A stretch of 63,833 nt of DNA, filler included, from Lama guanicoe (GCA_013239625.1; 211 parts of 211 records of this genome joined end to end with filler, not necessarily neighbours in it), one strand, 5' to 3'; positions 1-13,332 are shown, counted from the first letter of the whole stretch. Made by a program: numbers and translations. The notes: generated from the sequence alone by a model not told the origin.

Positions 1-203
1 CTGCAGATAAGGCCATGAACCAGCTGAACAGCTTACTTGTCAAGACTAAACCTTGTTCATTCAACACTTTAAGACTCTCCCCTCACGTGCTTACAGATCC
101 CAAGCCGTTAGATCGCTGACACTGCCCGTCCTAACCAGCGCTGCCCGTCCTAATCAGCGCTCCCCACCCAAGACCTGCCTTAAAATCGCTCAGCCCAGTC
201 GGG
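1..203 (+). mobile_element. Possible ERV LTR U3 fragment with a 19-bp tandem repeat
   Basis: CTGCCCGTCCTAA(C/T)CAGCG occurs twice (122-140, 141-159), followed by TATA-like TTAAAA near 180. The layout is LTR-like but the family is not identified. Confidence 0.35.
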
Positions 204-1214
204 NNNNNNNNNNNNNNNNNNNNNNNNNNNNNNNNNNNNNNNNNNNNTTAATTAATTAANNNNNNNNNNNNNNNNNNNNNNNNNNNNNNNNNNNNNNNNN
301 NNNTCTCACATAATGGACGACACGTTTACAGTTTAAAAATTTCTCTATTTGTAAGAGGGAAAATTTGAGTGTGTTAGTGGTCAATATAACTCAGTTTAAT
401 TCAGCAAGTATTAAACATTGTATATGCTCAAAGCACTTTAAGTTCTATGAATGATTAAAAAAAAAAACAGGTAAGATTCTGTCTTCCGTGAAACTACCAT
501 CTGTAGNNNNNNNNNNNNNNNNNNNNNNNNNNNNNNNNNNNNNNNNNNNNTTAATTAATTAANNNNNNNNNNNNNNNNNNNNNNNNNNNNNNNNNNNNNN
601 NNNNNNCATGCAGTCCTGCGAGGGAGCCACCCTGCTCACTCCCAGAGCAGACTCACCCGCCTCTCCATCCACACCCTCGTGGGGCGTGGGGAGTGTCCTC
701 AGTCTTGACATCAAGACCAAATTTTGGGCGGGAGTCCGTCCTGCTGTTGCCGGGGCACCATAACACCTCCGAATGGACTTGAAGCCAGTAATGGAATGAA
801 ATGCTCTCANNNNNNNNNNNNNNNNNNNNNNNNNNNNNNNNNNNNNNNNNNNNTTAATTAATTAANNNNNNNNNNNNNNNNNNNNNNNNNNNNNNNNNNN
901 NNNNNNNNNTGTGAACATCCAAGTGTCAGTAAAAATCAACAGGGCTGGTACATCTCTGCTGAAGGCCTTGAGATTATCAGCCCATCTTAATGCAGAGGGT
1001 AACTGAGTGTCTACTGTTCTGCATTCAGCCACACACAACTTCCTGCACAAACCCATTTCTCAAAGCAGTGTCATCACTCGTGGAGTCTAGGAAGGATGAA
1101 AGTCTCCAAATTNNNNNNNNNNNNNNNNNNNNNNNNNNNNNNNNNNNNNNNNNNNNTTAATTAATTAANNNNNNNNNNNNNNNNNNNNNNNNNNNNNNNN
1201 NNNNNNNNNNNNCA

Positions 1215-1415
1215 TTTTTCACAGAACTAGAACAAATAATCTTAAAATTTATATGGAATCATAAAAGACCCAGAATTGCCGAAGCATTACTGAAGAAAAA
1301 GAATGAGTCTGGAGGAATAACCTTCCCAGGCTTCAGGCAATACTACAGAGCTAGAATAATCAAAAGGGCAAGGTATTGGTACAAAAACAGACATATGGAT
1401 CAATGGAACAGAATA
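1215..1415 (+). mobile_element. LINE-1 ORF2 fragment (post-RT region), frame open across the contig
   Basis: Translates as [67 protein letters not shown], typical of mammalian L1 ORF2p. Confidence 0.95.
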
Positions 1416-1818
1416 NNNNNNNNNNNNNNNNNNNNNNNNNNNNNNNNNNNNNNNNNNNNTTAATTAATTAANNNNNNNNNNNNNNNNNNNNNNNNNNNNN
1501 NNNNNNNNNNNNNNNTGTGCTCTTTTATGATCTGACCATTCAACTCTCTAGCCGCAGCTGGGCTACCACCCTTCCAGCATCCACAGTCCTGGCATTCCAA
1601 ACGAGGTCATCTCCTTGGAACACATCGTGTTCTTCCACCCCTTCTTGCCTCCCTCCAAAGCTACAGCCACTGCCCAGAAAGTCCTGTCTCTCCTCTGACA
1701 CCCCAGTCCTAATAAAAGNNNNNNNNNNNNNNNNNNNNNNNNNNNNNNNNNNNNNNNNNNNNTTAATTAATTAANNNNNNNNNNNNNNNNNNNNNNNNNN
1801 NNNNNNNNNNNNNNNNNN

Positions 1819-2021
1819 ACCAAATGCTGACAAGGATGAGGAGCAACAGGAGCTGTCATTCATTGCCGATGGGATGCAGAACAGTATAGCCACTTTGGAA
1901 GACAGTTTGACCATCTGTTACAAAACTAAACACATCTTACCTACAACTCAGTAGTCAGGCTCCTAGGTATGTACCCAAAGGAACTGAAAACTTAAGTCCA
2001 TGCAGAATCTGCACACAGATG
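1819..2021 (+). mobile_element. Old LINE-1 (L1M-type) ORF2 3' fragment
   Basis: CAAATGCTGACAAGGATGAGGAGCAACAGGA...AGCCACTTTGGAAGACAGTTTG...CTCCTAGGTATGTACCCAAAGGAACTGAAAAC matches the degenerate L1 cysteine-rich region. Confidence 0.85.
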
Positions 2022-3030
2022 NNNNNNNNNNNNNNNNNNNNNNNNNNNNNNNNNNNNNNNNNNNNTTAATTAATTAANNNNNNNNNNNNNNNNNNNNNNN
2101 NNNNNNNNNNNNNNNNNNNNNAAGCTTGTAAGGAAATAAAATTATTTGAAAGGAAGAAAACTATCAATAACTTCATATAATATACCTCCCAACATGTATA
2201 TTTAAGATACTGTAAAAATAATTATCAAGAAGATACAGCATTCTTACCCCCGAATCTATTAAAATATAGAATCACACTTATCTTACTTCCATAAACAACT
2301 AGAAAACTGGACAAACTATGTGAANNNNNNNNNNNNNNNNNNNNNNNNNNNNNNNNNNNNNNNNNNNNTTAATTAATTAANNNNNNNNNNNNNNNNNNNN
2401 NNNNNNNNNNNNNNNNNNNNNNNNAGTCGTCGCCTCTTTGCTGATCCCCACCTCAGCTTCTCCCCAACTTCAACCCACTTTGCAAACTGCTGATGGAGTA
2501 AATCCCTCAATTTGTCACTCTCACTACATCAGTTCTTCACTCAAGAAATTTCAATGGCTCCCATTTTCCACAACCCAAATCTAAAGTTTGCTCTCTTATC
2601 AGTTCCACGTTTTATGATTTTACATATNNNNNNNNNNNNNNNNNNNNNNNNNNNNNNNNNNNNNNNNNNNNTTAATTAATTAANNNNNNNNNNNNNNNNN
2701 NNNNNNNNNNNNNNNNNNNNNNNNNNNCGCTGTTGGCGTTGCTGATCTTAGTGCTGTATGTGGGCACAGGGATCTCGGGTGAGCATTCTGGGGTCTGCGG
2801 AGGGAGGAGCCAAGTCCACACGGAGCTGAGGGCAGGGGGAGGCGGGTATTCTGCAGATGGTTGTATGCCAGGGGGAACTCAACTGCTTGCCTTCTCCCAC
2901 GCTCTTCATCCCACTAGGATGACCAACCGANNNNNNNNNNNNNNNNNNNNNNNNNNNNNNNNNNNNNNNNNNNNTTAATTAATTAANNNNNNNNNNNNNN
3001 NNNNNNNNNNNNNNNNNNNNNNNNNNNNNN

Positions 3031-3233
3031 GTGATTCAGGTATACGTATATATTTTTTTCTTTTTCTTCTTCTTTTTCGCTACAGGCTATCACAAGGTAG
3101 TGAATACAGCTCCCTGTGCTGCATGGCAGGGCCCTGTTCGTCTATTCTGTATATAGCAGTTTGTATCTGCTAATCCCAAACTTCTAATTTATCCCTCCCG
3201 CCCCCTTTCCCCCTGATAACCATAAATTTATTT
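3031..3233 (-). mobile_element. LINE-1 3' UTR, cetartiodactyl type
   Basis: GAATACAGCTCCCTGTGCT...GTTTGTATCTGCTAATCCCAAACTTCTAATTTATCCCTCCC is the antisense L1 3' UTR pattern. It shares motifs with 52754-52925 and 47269-47398. Confidence 0.8.
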
Positions 3234-4242
3234 NNNNNNNNNNNNNNNNNNNNNNNNNNNNNNNNNNNNNNNNNNNNTTAATTAATTAANNNNNNNNNNN
3301 NNNNNNNNNNNNNNNNNNNNNNNNNNNNNNNNNGCTGAGGTCCTTGGCAACAGGCAGACCCAGGCCAGAAGACAGGGTATCCCGGTGGGTGCTTCCTGGC
3401 AAGAAGACTGGGGGCTGACTTGGGAATCATTCTATACCCACTTCTCACACTCCCTGTCTGTTGAGAAAGAAGCCAGTGGGACACTCGGAGACAGAAGGCA
3501 GAGACACCTCCACGAGGGTGTACCAGGCAACTGTCTNNNNNNNNNNNNNNNNNNNNNNNNNNNNNNNNNNNNNNNNNNNNTTAATTAATTAANNNNNNNN
3601 NNNNNNNNNNNNNNNNNNNNNNNNNNNNNNNNNNNNCTCCCCTAAGAGCTTATAAAGCGGGGAGGGGCTGCAGGCACCCTCACAGGAGGATGCACGACCA
3701 GCCTGGAATTGGGCTGATTATCATGCCCTACAAAAGCCCTCTGAGATGCTCTGCTACAGACGTCTTGCTTGACAGAGCTGGTAACTGAAGCCAAGAGTGG
3801 AAGCGAGTGGAACCTGAAAGCAGTGGTTCTCAACCAGGGNNNNNNNNNNNNNNNNNNNNNNNNNNNNNNNNNNNNNNNNNNNNTTAATTAATTAANNNNN
3901 NNNNNNNNNNNNNNNNNNNNNNNNNNNNNNNNNNNNNNNAGTTAACGTCTCTCCTGGTTAAACCAAACCAGGAGAGAACCTGGGAAAACTGTGAAAAAGA
4001 CATTTATCAATCATTACAGCCACCATTTATGGGGAACTTACAAAAACCTTCTCAATGCAGGCCCCACCTTGTTACGGCAGAGGAAACAGTCCACAGCAGG
4101 CTGAGCAGCTTGCCCAGGGTAGCTGTAGAGCCTAGATCTGACNNNNNNNNNNNNNNNNNNNNNNNNNNNNNNNNNNNNNNNNNNNNTTAATTAATTAANN
4201 NNNNNNNNNNNNNNNNNNNNNNNNNNNNNNNNNNNNNNNNNN

Positions 4243-4445
4243 GAAGGACTCTTTTAGCTCCAGAGCTCCCTGAGGGGTTGGTTGAGGCTGCCATTGGACC
4301 TCCATCTCAGTTCAATTTTGCCCTCTACTCAATGCTGCTTCTTTCTCTTCCCTTCCACAGGGGTTGACCCTAAAGGAATTTCCTAATTAAAAACAGAAAA
4401 CAAAAAATCTCCTGTGCTAAGCCATCTCAGCTCTGCTTCCTGGAG
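4243..4445 (+). mobile_element. ERVL LTR16-like LTR fragment
   Basis: CTCCAGAGCTCCCTG...TTCCACAGGGGTTGACCCTAA...CCTAATTAAA...CATCTCAGCTCTGCTTCCTGG resembles the 3' half of LTR16. Confidence 0.6.
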
Positions 4446-4545
4446 NNNNNNNNNNNNNNNNNNNNNNNNNNNNNNNNNNNNNNNNNNNNTTAATTAATTA
4501 ANNNNNNNNNNNNNNNNNNNNNNNNNNNNNNNNNNNNNNNNNNNN

Positions 4546-4748
4546 AGCTTTCCTCCACAAAATTCAATAAAGGGGTACTGGGTACACCATGCATTGCAGG
4601 GATTAGCCAATTCTCTTTGCACAGCGGTGACCTTCGTATCCCCTCTATTAACGAGTGGGAAAGATTTAACTGCGCTGCACGTGCCCTTGTATTTTCCCGC
4701 CATTATATAAAACATGTCAAAATGAGTTCAGTAACTCTTCAGTCATTT
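4546..4748 (+). repeat. Bubble/paralog pair A, copy 1 (partner 13030-13232)
   Basis: Colinear end to end with 13030-13232, with 6 substitutions. The first and last 49 bases are identical. Confidence 0.97.
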
Positions 4749-6666
4749 NNNNNNNNNNNNNNNNNNNNNNNNNNNNNNNNNNNNNNNNNNNNTTAATTAA
4801 TTAANNNNNNNNNNNNNNNNNNNNNNNNNNNNNNNNNNNNNNNNNNNNAGATTCAATTTATAGATAGTAAATAAACATGGTATTAACACAAGCATATGCT
4901 TTATGGATGGACAGTGATTACCCACCCATGCTGTAAGGAATCTGATTAGCTTTTCTCAAGTCTCCTTGATAAGAAACCACACGTCCAGCAAAGCTCCAGT
5001 CCGGGTTACAGGGGTTGGATCAGCACCCAGCTCTGTGATATTTCTGCCACANNNNNNNNNNNNNNNNNNNNNNNNNNNNNNNNNNNNNNNNNNNNTTAAT
5101 TAATTAANNNNNNNNNNNNNNNNNNNNNNNNNNNNNNNNNNNNNNNNNNNNTTACTTCCATCACCATATGGGCTGTGGCCCACGTGACTTCACCTCTTTT
5201 TTTCCAATAGACTATTAGTTGGTCTCCTTGACTTAGTATTTTGTCAGGCAACTTACATACTGCCACTAGATTGCTTCTTTAATTAAGAACTTCCTTCCTT
5301 AATCAAGCACTGCCTCTACCATGTCATTTCTTTGTTCAGTATCCTTCTATGGCTNNNNNNNNNNNNNNNNNNNNNNNNNNNNNNNNNNNNNNNNNNNNTT
5401 AATTAATTAANNNNNNNNNNNNNNNNNNNNNNNNNNNNNNNNNNNNNNNNNNNNTTTGAGAGCCAGCATCCTCCATCGCGCGGGCCAGTGGGTTATTCAC
5501 TTAGTCAGCAGCTGTATTCAGGGCGACACACCACACTGGCTGTGAACAGTGAACGCGGGGCCAGCTCTGCTTCCTGGGCCGGCAGCCCCAGCGCACAGCC
5601 TCGAGGCTGCCCCGCCAGGAACATCCTCCTGTGGGAACCCATCCCTCAGTACCGAAGNNNNNNNNNNNNNNNNNNNNNNNNNNNNNNNNNNNNNNNNNNN
5701 NTTAATTAATTAANNNNNNNNNNNNNNNNNNNNNNNNNNNNNNNNNNNNNNNNNNNNAGCACTGTACATAACTGTGTGCACATTACAGCAATATGGTGAA
5801 CAAGACATTTCTGCTCTCATGGAGTGCTCAGAGGGTAAAATATGTTTTATTCTAATAATTTCACAAATCATTACAGACTAGATACAAGCCAACGGAACTC
5901 CATGTAGTTCGTATCACTCAATATACCACTTTACTTACAACTGAAAACACTGGATTCATTNNNNNNNNNNNNNNNNNNNNNNNNNNNNNNNNNNNNNNNN
6001 NNNNTTAATTAATTAANNNNNNNNNNNNNNNNNNNNNNNNNNNNNNNNNNNNNNNNNNNNCCGTTGTTCGTAATTTTAACTCAGTCTCAGCCTCCGTTGG
6101 TGGAACAAACTGTCGAGTCCTGTGGCAATCTGTTAGGTAATCCTAGGAGTCTGTAGCAGGTCGGTCTTTCTCTGTTGGGCAGCTTACGTTTTCCTCTGAC
6201 ATTGATGTACGCTCCGAGCACACAGTTCTGATGTCTTCCGAGGATTTCTAGGTTGCCCTCGCTNNNNNNNNNNNNNNNNNNNNNNNNNNNNNNNNNNNNN
6301 NNNNNNNTTAATTAATTAANNNNNNNNNNNNNNNNNNNNNNNNNNNNNNNNNNNNNNNNNNNNGGACTGAAAAACCTCTGAGTGAAAGAATGGCAAAAGT
6401 AAACATTTGTAAAAATAGTATAAGATTTCCTCTTTTGTAATTTTACAGTAGAATACTACATTACATTTGTTGAATTACATTTAAAACAATAGCATTGTTT
6501 TACAATTTAGCATTGAATTATAGCATTGAATTACAATTTAAAACAAAATTACCCCATTTGAGGTTTNNNNNNNNNNNNNNNNNNNNNNNNNNNNNNNNNN
6601 NNNNNNNNNNTTAATTAATTAANNNNNNNNNNNNNNNNNNNNNNNNNNNNNNNNNNNNNNNNNNNN

Positions 6667-6869
6667 GCTGCTTTTACATTAATCTATTTGAGAGGCAATC
6701 CCAGAAAACTCTGGTTGGTATTGAAAAACTCAATGAAGATTTCATTTTCAACCAAATTGCCATTGTGGTAATTGAACCACAATTGAACTTGTTCCCACTG
6801 GGAATCTGGGTGCTCCAGGGCTGAGGGAGCTGGGATCCTGATCTCTGATTCCCATCAGCCCTTGTTGGA
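6667..6869 (-). mobile_element. ERVL LTR33/LTR41-like fragment
   Basis: TATTTGAGAGGCAATCCCAGAAA...CCACTGGGAATCTGGG...GAGGGAGCTGGG...CCCATCAGCCCTTGTT resembles antisense LTR33-group sequence. Confidence 0.45.
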
Positions 6870-8181
6870 NNNNNNNNNNNNNNNNNNNNNNNNNNNNNNN
6901 NNNNNNNNNNNNNTTAATTAATTAANNNNNNNNNNNNNNNNNNNNNNNNNNNNNNNNNNNNNNNNNNNNATTTAAGATTAAGTAATTTCCCCCAATATTT
7001 GTTCATACTTATACTTTCTTAAACTCATAAACATCTCTCTGCTCCCCATAATGAGGCCATTAGTTTTTGTTCATCTTCATCTCTACTTAAATGGTCCACA
7101 CATCTTTCACTAGGAGAAAAGAAATGTCTCATCACTTCAATACTTATCCCCTTAACTAACATATAAAAGCCANNNNNNNNNNNNNNNNNNNNNNNNNNNN
7201 NNNNNNNNNNNNNNNNTTAATTAATTAANNNNNNNNNNNNNNNNNNNNNNNNNNNNNNNNNNNNNNNNNNNNAAGGAGAGGACATCACAGACAGGCAGCA
7301 ACCACGTACTAAAAGCCAAAGGGGTAAAACAACACTGCCAGTTCAGGGGTCTGAAGATGACTTGGGAGAAGAGGCGAGGGCTTGGAAAAGTGTCAGGATC
7401 GTGTCATAAACTGGGAGCCTAAACTTTGTCGTGGAAGCAGTGGAGGTGGGGGGGAACATGATCAGTTTTGTGTCTNNNNNNNNNNNNNNNNNNNNNNNNN
7501 NNNNNNNNNNNNNNNNNNNTTAATTAATTAANNNNNNNNNNNNNNNNNNNNNNNNNNNNNNNNNNNNNNNNNNNNGTCCACACTTCATGTATTACACAGG
7601 GCTTGAGGAAGTGAAATGGACCCGTCCAAGTAAGACCGGCCTTTTGTGCACCCACCTCAGTCCTGGGCTCTGAGGCAAACCGACTGACTCCCACCCTGAG
7701 GGCCCAATTTGGGCACCTGAATGGTCCTTTGGAGGCATCCCAGCAGTTCTCAGGAAGAAGTCTGGCTGCTTCCACCCCNNNNNNNNNNNNNNNNNNNNNN
7801 NNNNNNNNNNNNNNNNNNNNNNTTAATTAATTAANNNNNNNNNNNNNNNNNNNNNNNNNNNNNNNNNNNNNNNNNNNNGGTGGGGTAAACAGGGCTGGGG
7901 GCTGGGGACTGGGGGCCCCGGAGCAGCGGGGTGGCAGCTCCGGCCCCTCCTGAGACCCCTCTCCGTGGCTTGCATTCAGCCACCTCCTCGCAGCGTCCTC
8001 ACACGGTCTTCCGTCTGTTCACCTGCCTCTGTTGTCTCTCCTCTTCTTAAAGGGACACCAGTCAGATTGCATTAGGGCCCANNNNNNNNNNNNNNNNNNN
8101 NNNNNNNNNNNNNNNNNNNNNNNNNTTAATTAATTAANNNNNNNNNNNNNNNNNNNNNNNNNNNNNNNNNNNNNNNNNNNN

Positions 8182-8384
8182 CAAGTGACAGACAACACCA
8201 GAGAATTAATACAGACCAGGGAAGAAACCAATAAAATAGAGATTTTAAAATATAGAAAAACTCAATCAAAATAATAGCCAGTTTTTCAAAAGAGTGAACA
8301 AAATCGACAAACTTCTGGCCAAACACACAAAGAATAAAAGATAGAGGACACAAATAAACTAAATAAAAAAGCAAAATGGAGAAA
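8182..8384 (+). mobile_element. LINE-1 ORF2 fragment (between endonuclease and RT)
   Basis: A-rich AGCCAGTTTTTCAAAAGAGTGAACAAAATCGACAAACTTCTGGCC is a degenerate SWFFEKINKIDKPLA motif. Confidence 0.85.
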
Positions 8385-9090
8385 NNNNNNNNNNNNNNNN
8401 NNNNNNNNNNNNNNNNNNNNNNNNNNNNTTAATTAATTAANNNNNNNNNNNNNNNNNNNNNNNNNNNNNNNNNNNNNNNNNNNNTCTTTCTGGGGCCTTA
8501 GTGGGATTCAAGCATGTCTGTACATCCATGAGCTCAGAGCAGAGCCTGTGCATCGTCCCCTGTAGCTCCCATGTCCTGGGACTTATAGTGAAGCTCCAGC
8601 GGGTTCAGGGGCTCGATGTGTTACTTCCTCATGGGTTCGGCTCTGGGCTCTGAGGGTAAACCAGACCTGCGAGGATCCTACTCTGATNNNNNNNNNNNNN
8701 NNNNNNNNNNNNNNNNNNNNNNNNNNNNNNNTTAATTAATTAANNNNNNNNNNNNNNNNNNNNNNNNNNNNNNNNNNNNNNNNNNNNGCACATATTGTAT
8801 TTCAACATCAGTGAGCTATTGAATCAGGAAGAAAGCCCTGGCCGTTATTCAGTCAAAGTGACTCTGACCATCAGTCTCAAAATGCAGTAAAGAGCATTAA
8901 GTCCTAAATGCACATTCTTGCCTGGAACACACATCTGCATATTGTGCTCCAAACACCAGAGACTTCTTTATAGGAGCAATAAATTTTTTTNNNNNNNNNN
9001 NNNNNNNNNNNNNNNNNNNNNNNNNNNNNNNNNNTTAATTAATTAANNNNNNNNNNNNNNNNNNNNNNNNNNNNNNNNNNNNNNNNNNNN

Positions 9091-9190
9091 TTGAATCCCA
9101 GCTCTGAACAAGGATTACCTGTGTGATCTGGGGCTAGTCCTTGATCTTTTGAATTGCAATTTCCTCATTTTTAAAATGGTGATTGTAAAT
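9091..9190 (+). mobile_element. MIR SINE fragment
   Basis: TTGAATCCCAGCTCTG...CTGTGTGATCTGGGGCTAGTC...TTTCCTCATTTTTAAAATGG resembles the MIR core. Confidence 0.75.
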
Positions 9191-11211
9191 CGTCAGATAA
9201 ATGTGTGCTGACTCGGTGAATAAAACTCTCAGGTCAGTGTAAGTATTGGGGATGAGGTCTGTGTGTCTCAGATGTTACTGATAAAATTAGATCNNNNNNN
9301 NNNNNNNNNNNNNNNNNNNNNNNNNNNNNNNNNNNNNTTAATTAATTAANNNNNNNNNNNNNNNNNNNNNNNNNNNNNNNNNNNNNNNNNNNNTAGGGAA
9401 GCAAGTGGCAGCATAATTGGGAAAGCACTTTGGGGAAGGATGATGTAACCTGGGCTTCAGCTCATTAAGGCTGCTCTGGGCACTTCTCGTGCTGCCTGCC
9501 CCACTTAATGACAGCAAGGCCCTAGGAGCGTCTCTCTGCAGAGGGACCAGCCAGCTACCTGGTGGAAGGTTGCTTATATTAGACCCCTTCCTCATGNNNN
9601 NNNNNNNNNNNNNNNNNNNNNNNNNNNNNNNNNNNNNNNNTTAATTAATTAANNNNNNNNNNNNNNNNNNNNNNNNNNNNNNNNNNNNNNNNNNNNTCCA
9701 AAGGGTTAAGAAGAAACACAGGTTACATAATGGTCATGCTTTTTTCAAAGTCTGCCTGTTTCCAGAACACTCCCTGCCTGGTCTGATCCATCTCACACAT
9801 CTGGGGCAGAATATTCCCTCAAACTCTTTGATCTGTTACTTCCATTCCCCCACTATGAACGGTGGTTGTGGATGAATGAGGATGTTAATGGAAGAAACTN
9901 NNNNNNNNNNNNNNNNNNNNNNNNNNNNNNNNNNNNNNNNNNNTTAATTAATTAANNNNNNNNNNNNNNNNNNNNNNNNNNNNNNNNNNNNNNNNNNNNT
10001 GTAGCCAGGAGTACCATTCATCCTTTGCCCAATCCAACTGTTTTCCTCTCCAACGGTTCCTTGCTGGACAACAGGAAGTCAAGGTGGATGGCTCAAGAGG
10101 CCATTCTCTCCTCATTGACCTGGTAATGTGCTGATCTAGCCTGGTAATGTATTCAGTGCCATAAACCTGGTAATTAATGGAGCAGAGTTGTTTGACTTTG
10201 GCNNNNNNNNNNNNNNNNNNNNNNNNNNNNNNNNNNNNNNNNNNNNTTAATTAATTAANNNNNNNNNNNNNNNNNNNNNNNNNNNNNNNNNNNNNNNNNN
10301 NNGGTCCCCTCATGCCAGCAGCCCCTGGGCTAAGGGAGGAGCTTAAAGCCAAGAGGGAGGTGCCCTGGGCGCTGTCCCGTGACACAGTACACCCGTCCCT
10401 GTGTATAGGGCTCTATGTGCCTCCCAGCCGTGCCACAGCCACTTCCCCAAGGCCAGGTTTGCCACCATTAGGCCATGGCATGCATGTAAAGGAACCCTTC
10501 AAGCCNNNNNNNNNNNNNNNNNNNNNNNNNNNNNNNNNNNNNNNNNNNNTTAATTAATTAANNNNNNNNNNNNNNNNNNNNNNNNNNNNNNNNNNNNNNN
10601 NNNNNTCCTCTCTCTCCCTCCCGCTTCCCCTCCCCAAATCATCATCCCCATTTCACACATGTGGAGACTGAGGCCAGGATGGGGGGCTTCCAAGCCCACC
10701 AGAGGATTCCCAGGTGGGAGACAAGAATGGAAACCCAGATGCAAATGAATGGCTTTACAAAACAGGAAGAGACTCACAGACACAGAAAACAAACTTACAG
10801 CTACCCAANNNNNNNNNNNNNNNNNNNNNNNNNNNNNNNNNNNNNNNNNNNNTTAATTAATTAANNNNNNNNNNNNNNNNNNNNNNNNNNNNNNNNNNNN
10901 NNNNNNNNGGCTGCATCCACCCCAGCAAAATAACATAGCTCCTCCAACCACCTCTGCTTCCATTCATCTAGCTTTCTGCTTTCAGTGACATCAGAAGCTT
11001 CTGATTGGCATTATATTTATATGTATATTTTTTTAATTGATGTATAGTCAGTAACAATGTGCCAATTTCTGATGCACAGCCCAATGTTCCAGTCATTCAT
11101 ATACACATATANNNNNNNNNNNNNNNNNNNNNNNNNNNNNNNNNNNNNNNNNNNNTTAATTAATTAANNNNNNNNNNNNNNNNNNNNNNNNNNNNNNNNN
11201 NNNNNNNNNNN

Positions 11212-11414
11212 CATATGGTAAGAGTATATGAGTTTTGTAAGAGACTACAAGACTGTCTCCTGAAGTGGCTGTGCCATTTTGCATTCCCAGCAGCCATGAA
11301 TGAGAGTTTCTGTTTCTCTGCATCCTCCGCAGCATTTGGTGGTGTTGCTATCCTGGAGTTTGGCTATTCTAAGAGGCTTGTAGTAGTATCTCCTTGTTGT
11401 TTTGATTTGCATTT
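11212..11414 (-). mobile_element. Old LINE-1 ORF2 3' fragment
   Basis: AGTGGCTGTGCCATTTTGCATTCCCAGCAGCCATGAATGAGAGTTTCTGTT...CAGCATTTGGT is antisense L1M sequence. Confidence 0.85.
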
Positions 11415-12726
11415 NNNNNNNNNNNNNNNNNNNNNNNNNNNNNNNNNNNNNNNNNNNNTTAATTAATTAANNNNNNNNNNNNNNNNNNNNNNNNNNNNNN
11501 NNNNNNNNNNNNNNTACTGTTCATTGTTTCTAAGAACATTTAGAGCTTTAGCTTTTTAAACATGCATAGTTATCAAAGGAATAAAGTCAACTCAACAAAA
11601 TAAGAATCAACTCAAAAAGATACAAACACCCTGCTATTTACAGCAACATTATTTTTAATTGCGAAGATACGGAAACATCCTAAGTGCACATCAATAGATG
11701 AATGGATAAAGAGGATGNNNNNNNNNNNNNNNNNNNNNNNNNNNNNNNNNNNNNNNNNNNNTTAATTAATTAANNNNNNNNNNNNNNNNNNNNNNNNNNN
11801 NNNNNNNNNNNNNNNNNAGAAGGTTTTTAAACATTTCTGTACATGGCAGGGACCAGTCTCCTGCACAACATTAGAAACCTCCTAGTGTAATACTTTGCAA
11901 ACAGAGATTCACAATAAATATTTGCTAACTAAATAAATCATGTTCAAATCCAAATTAGACAATTCTGTCTTTTGTGTATCAAAAATCTATTTCAATACTA
12001 TTAATGTTGTTTATGACTGANNNNNNNNNNNNNNNNNNNNNNNNNNNNNNNNNNNNNNNNNNNNTTAATTAATTAANNNNNNNNNNNNNNNNNNNNNNNN
12101 NNNNNNNNNNNNNNNNNNNNTTTTTTTTTTTAAGGCTCTCACTGTAACTACAGTGCTCACACTGGAAACAGAATAAAAATGATTTTTCTGGGGTAAGAGT
12201 TGTTTCAAGGAAGAAACTGGCAGGGATATGGACACTTTGGACAGGGAACAAAAAATGCCGTAGTGTTTTGGACAACATTAAAGCGCTAGAATGTTTAAAT
12301 AAATATCTTACGTTGTGAGAAATNNNNNNNNNNNNNNNNNNNNNNNNNNNNNNNNNNNNNNNNNNNNTTAATTAATTAANNNNNNNNNNNNNNNNNNNNN
12401 NNNNNNNNNNNNNNNNNNNNNNNTTTTAAAGAAACTATCTTCCCTAAAATCCAATGATAATTCAAATATCCACGGAAAGAAAATAAATCGGTAATATCAA
12501 GCAATAATTTCTACACTATTGCTGATTAGCCATAAGCCAAACCCAAAGGACATAGACATAAGACAGCTGGAGATAAGGAGATGGAAGAGAGGTATTAAAA
12601 AGCAAGAATATAAAAGAAGTAGTGGCNNNNNNNNNNNNNNNNNNNNNNNNNNNNNNNNNNNNNNNNNNNNTTAATTAATTAANNNNNNNNNNNNNNNNNN
12701 NNNNNNNNNNNNNNNNNNNNNNNNNN

Positions 12727-12929
12727 CCAATAAACAAATATCTTAAAATTCTCTTTCAGTTTCCAGTATGGTACACATTATTAGCTGTGACCCACAAAAA
12801 GCTATCTGGGTACTCAATAAGGTTGAATAGCATAAAAGGACTTGGAGACTGAAAACAACAAAAGTAACAGCAAACAAAACGAAATCCACTCCTTTGGGGC
12901 AAAACTACTCTTTCCTTGAAAATAGAAGT
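12727..12929 (+). repeat. Paralog pair C, copy 1 (partner 34543-34745, reverse complement)
   Basis: End-to-end reverse-complement match with 8 substitutions. Confidence 0.95.
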
Positions 12930-13029
12930 NNNNNNNNNNNNNNNNNNNNNNNNNNNNNNNNNNNNNNNNNNNNTTAATTAATTAANNNNNNNNNNNNNNN
13001 NNNNNNNNNNNNNNNNNNNNNNNNNNNNN

Positions 13030-13232
13030 AGCTTTCCTCCACAAAATTCAATAAAGGGGTACTGGGTACACCATGCATCGCAGGGATTAGCCAATTCTTT
13101 TTGCACAGCGGTGACCTTAGTATCCCCTCTATTAACGAGTGGGAAATATTTAACTGCACTGCACGTGCCCTTGTATTTTCCCACCATTATATAAAACATG
13201 TCAAAATGAGTTCAGTAACTCTTCAGTCATTT
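13030..13232 (+). repeat. Bubble/paralog pair A, copy 2 (partner 4546-4748)
   Basis: 197/203 identical to 4546-4748. Confidence 0.97.
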
Positions 13233-13332
13233 NNNNNNNNNNNNNNNNNNNNNNNNNNNNNNNNNNNNNNNNNNNNTTAATTAATTAANNNNNNNNNNNN
13301 NNNNNNNNNNNNNNNNNNNNNNNNNNNNNNNN

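Noticed and set aside
248..259. TTAATTAATTAA as piggyBac TTAA targets, PacI sites or homeodomain sites
   Set aside because: It is always centred in exactly 44+44 Ns, so it is not genomic sequence.
4494..4715. ORF MFYIM(A/V)GKYKGTCSAVK conserved in two places (also 12978-13199)
   Set aside because: The similarity simply reflects 97% DNA identity of the bubble pair. There is no recognisable protein family or synonymous bias.
10119..10175. Three copies of CCTGGTAAT at 21-26 bp spacing
   Set aside because: A short imperfect local duplication with no further support for function.
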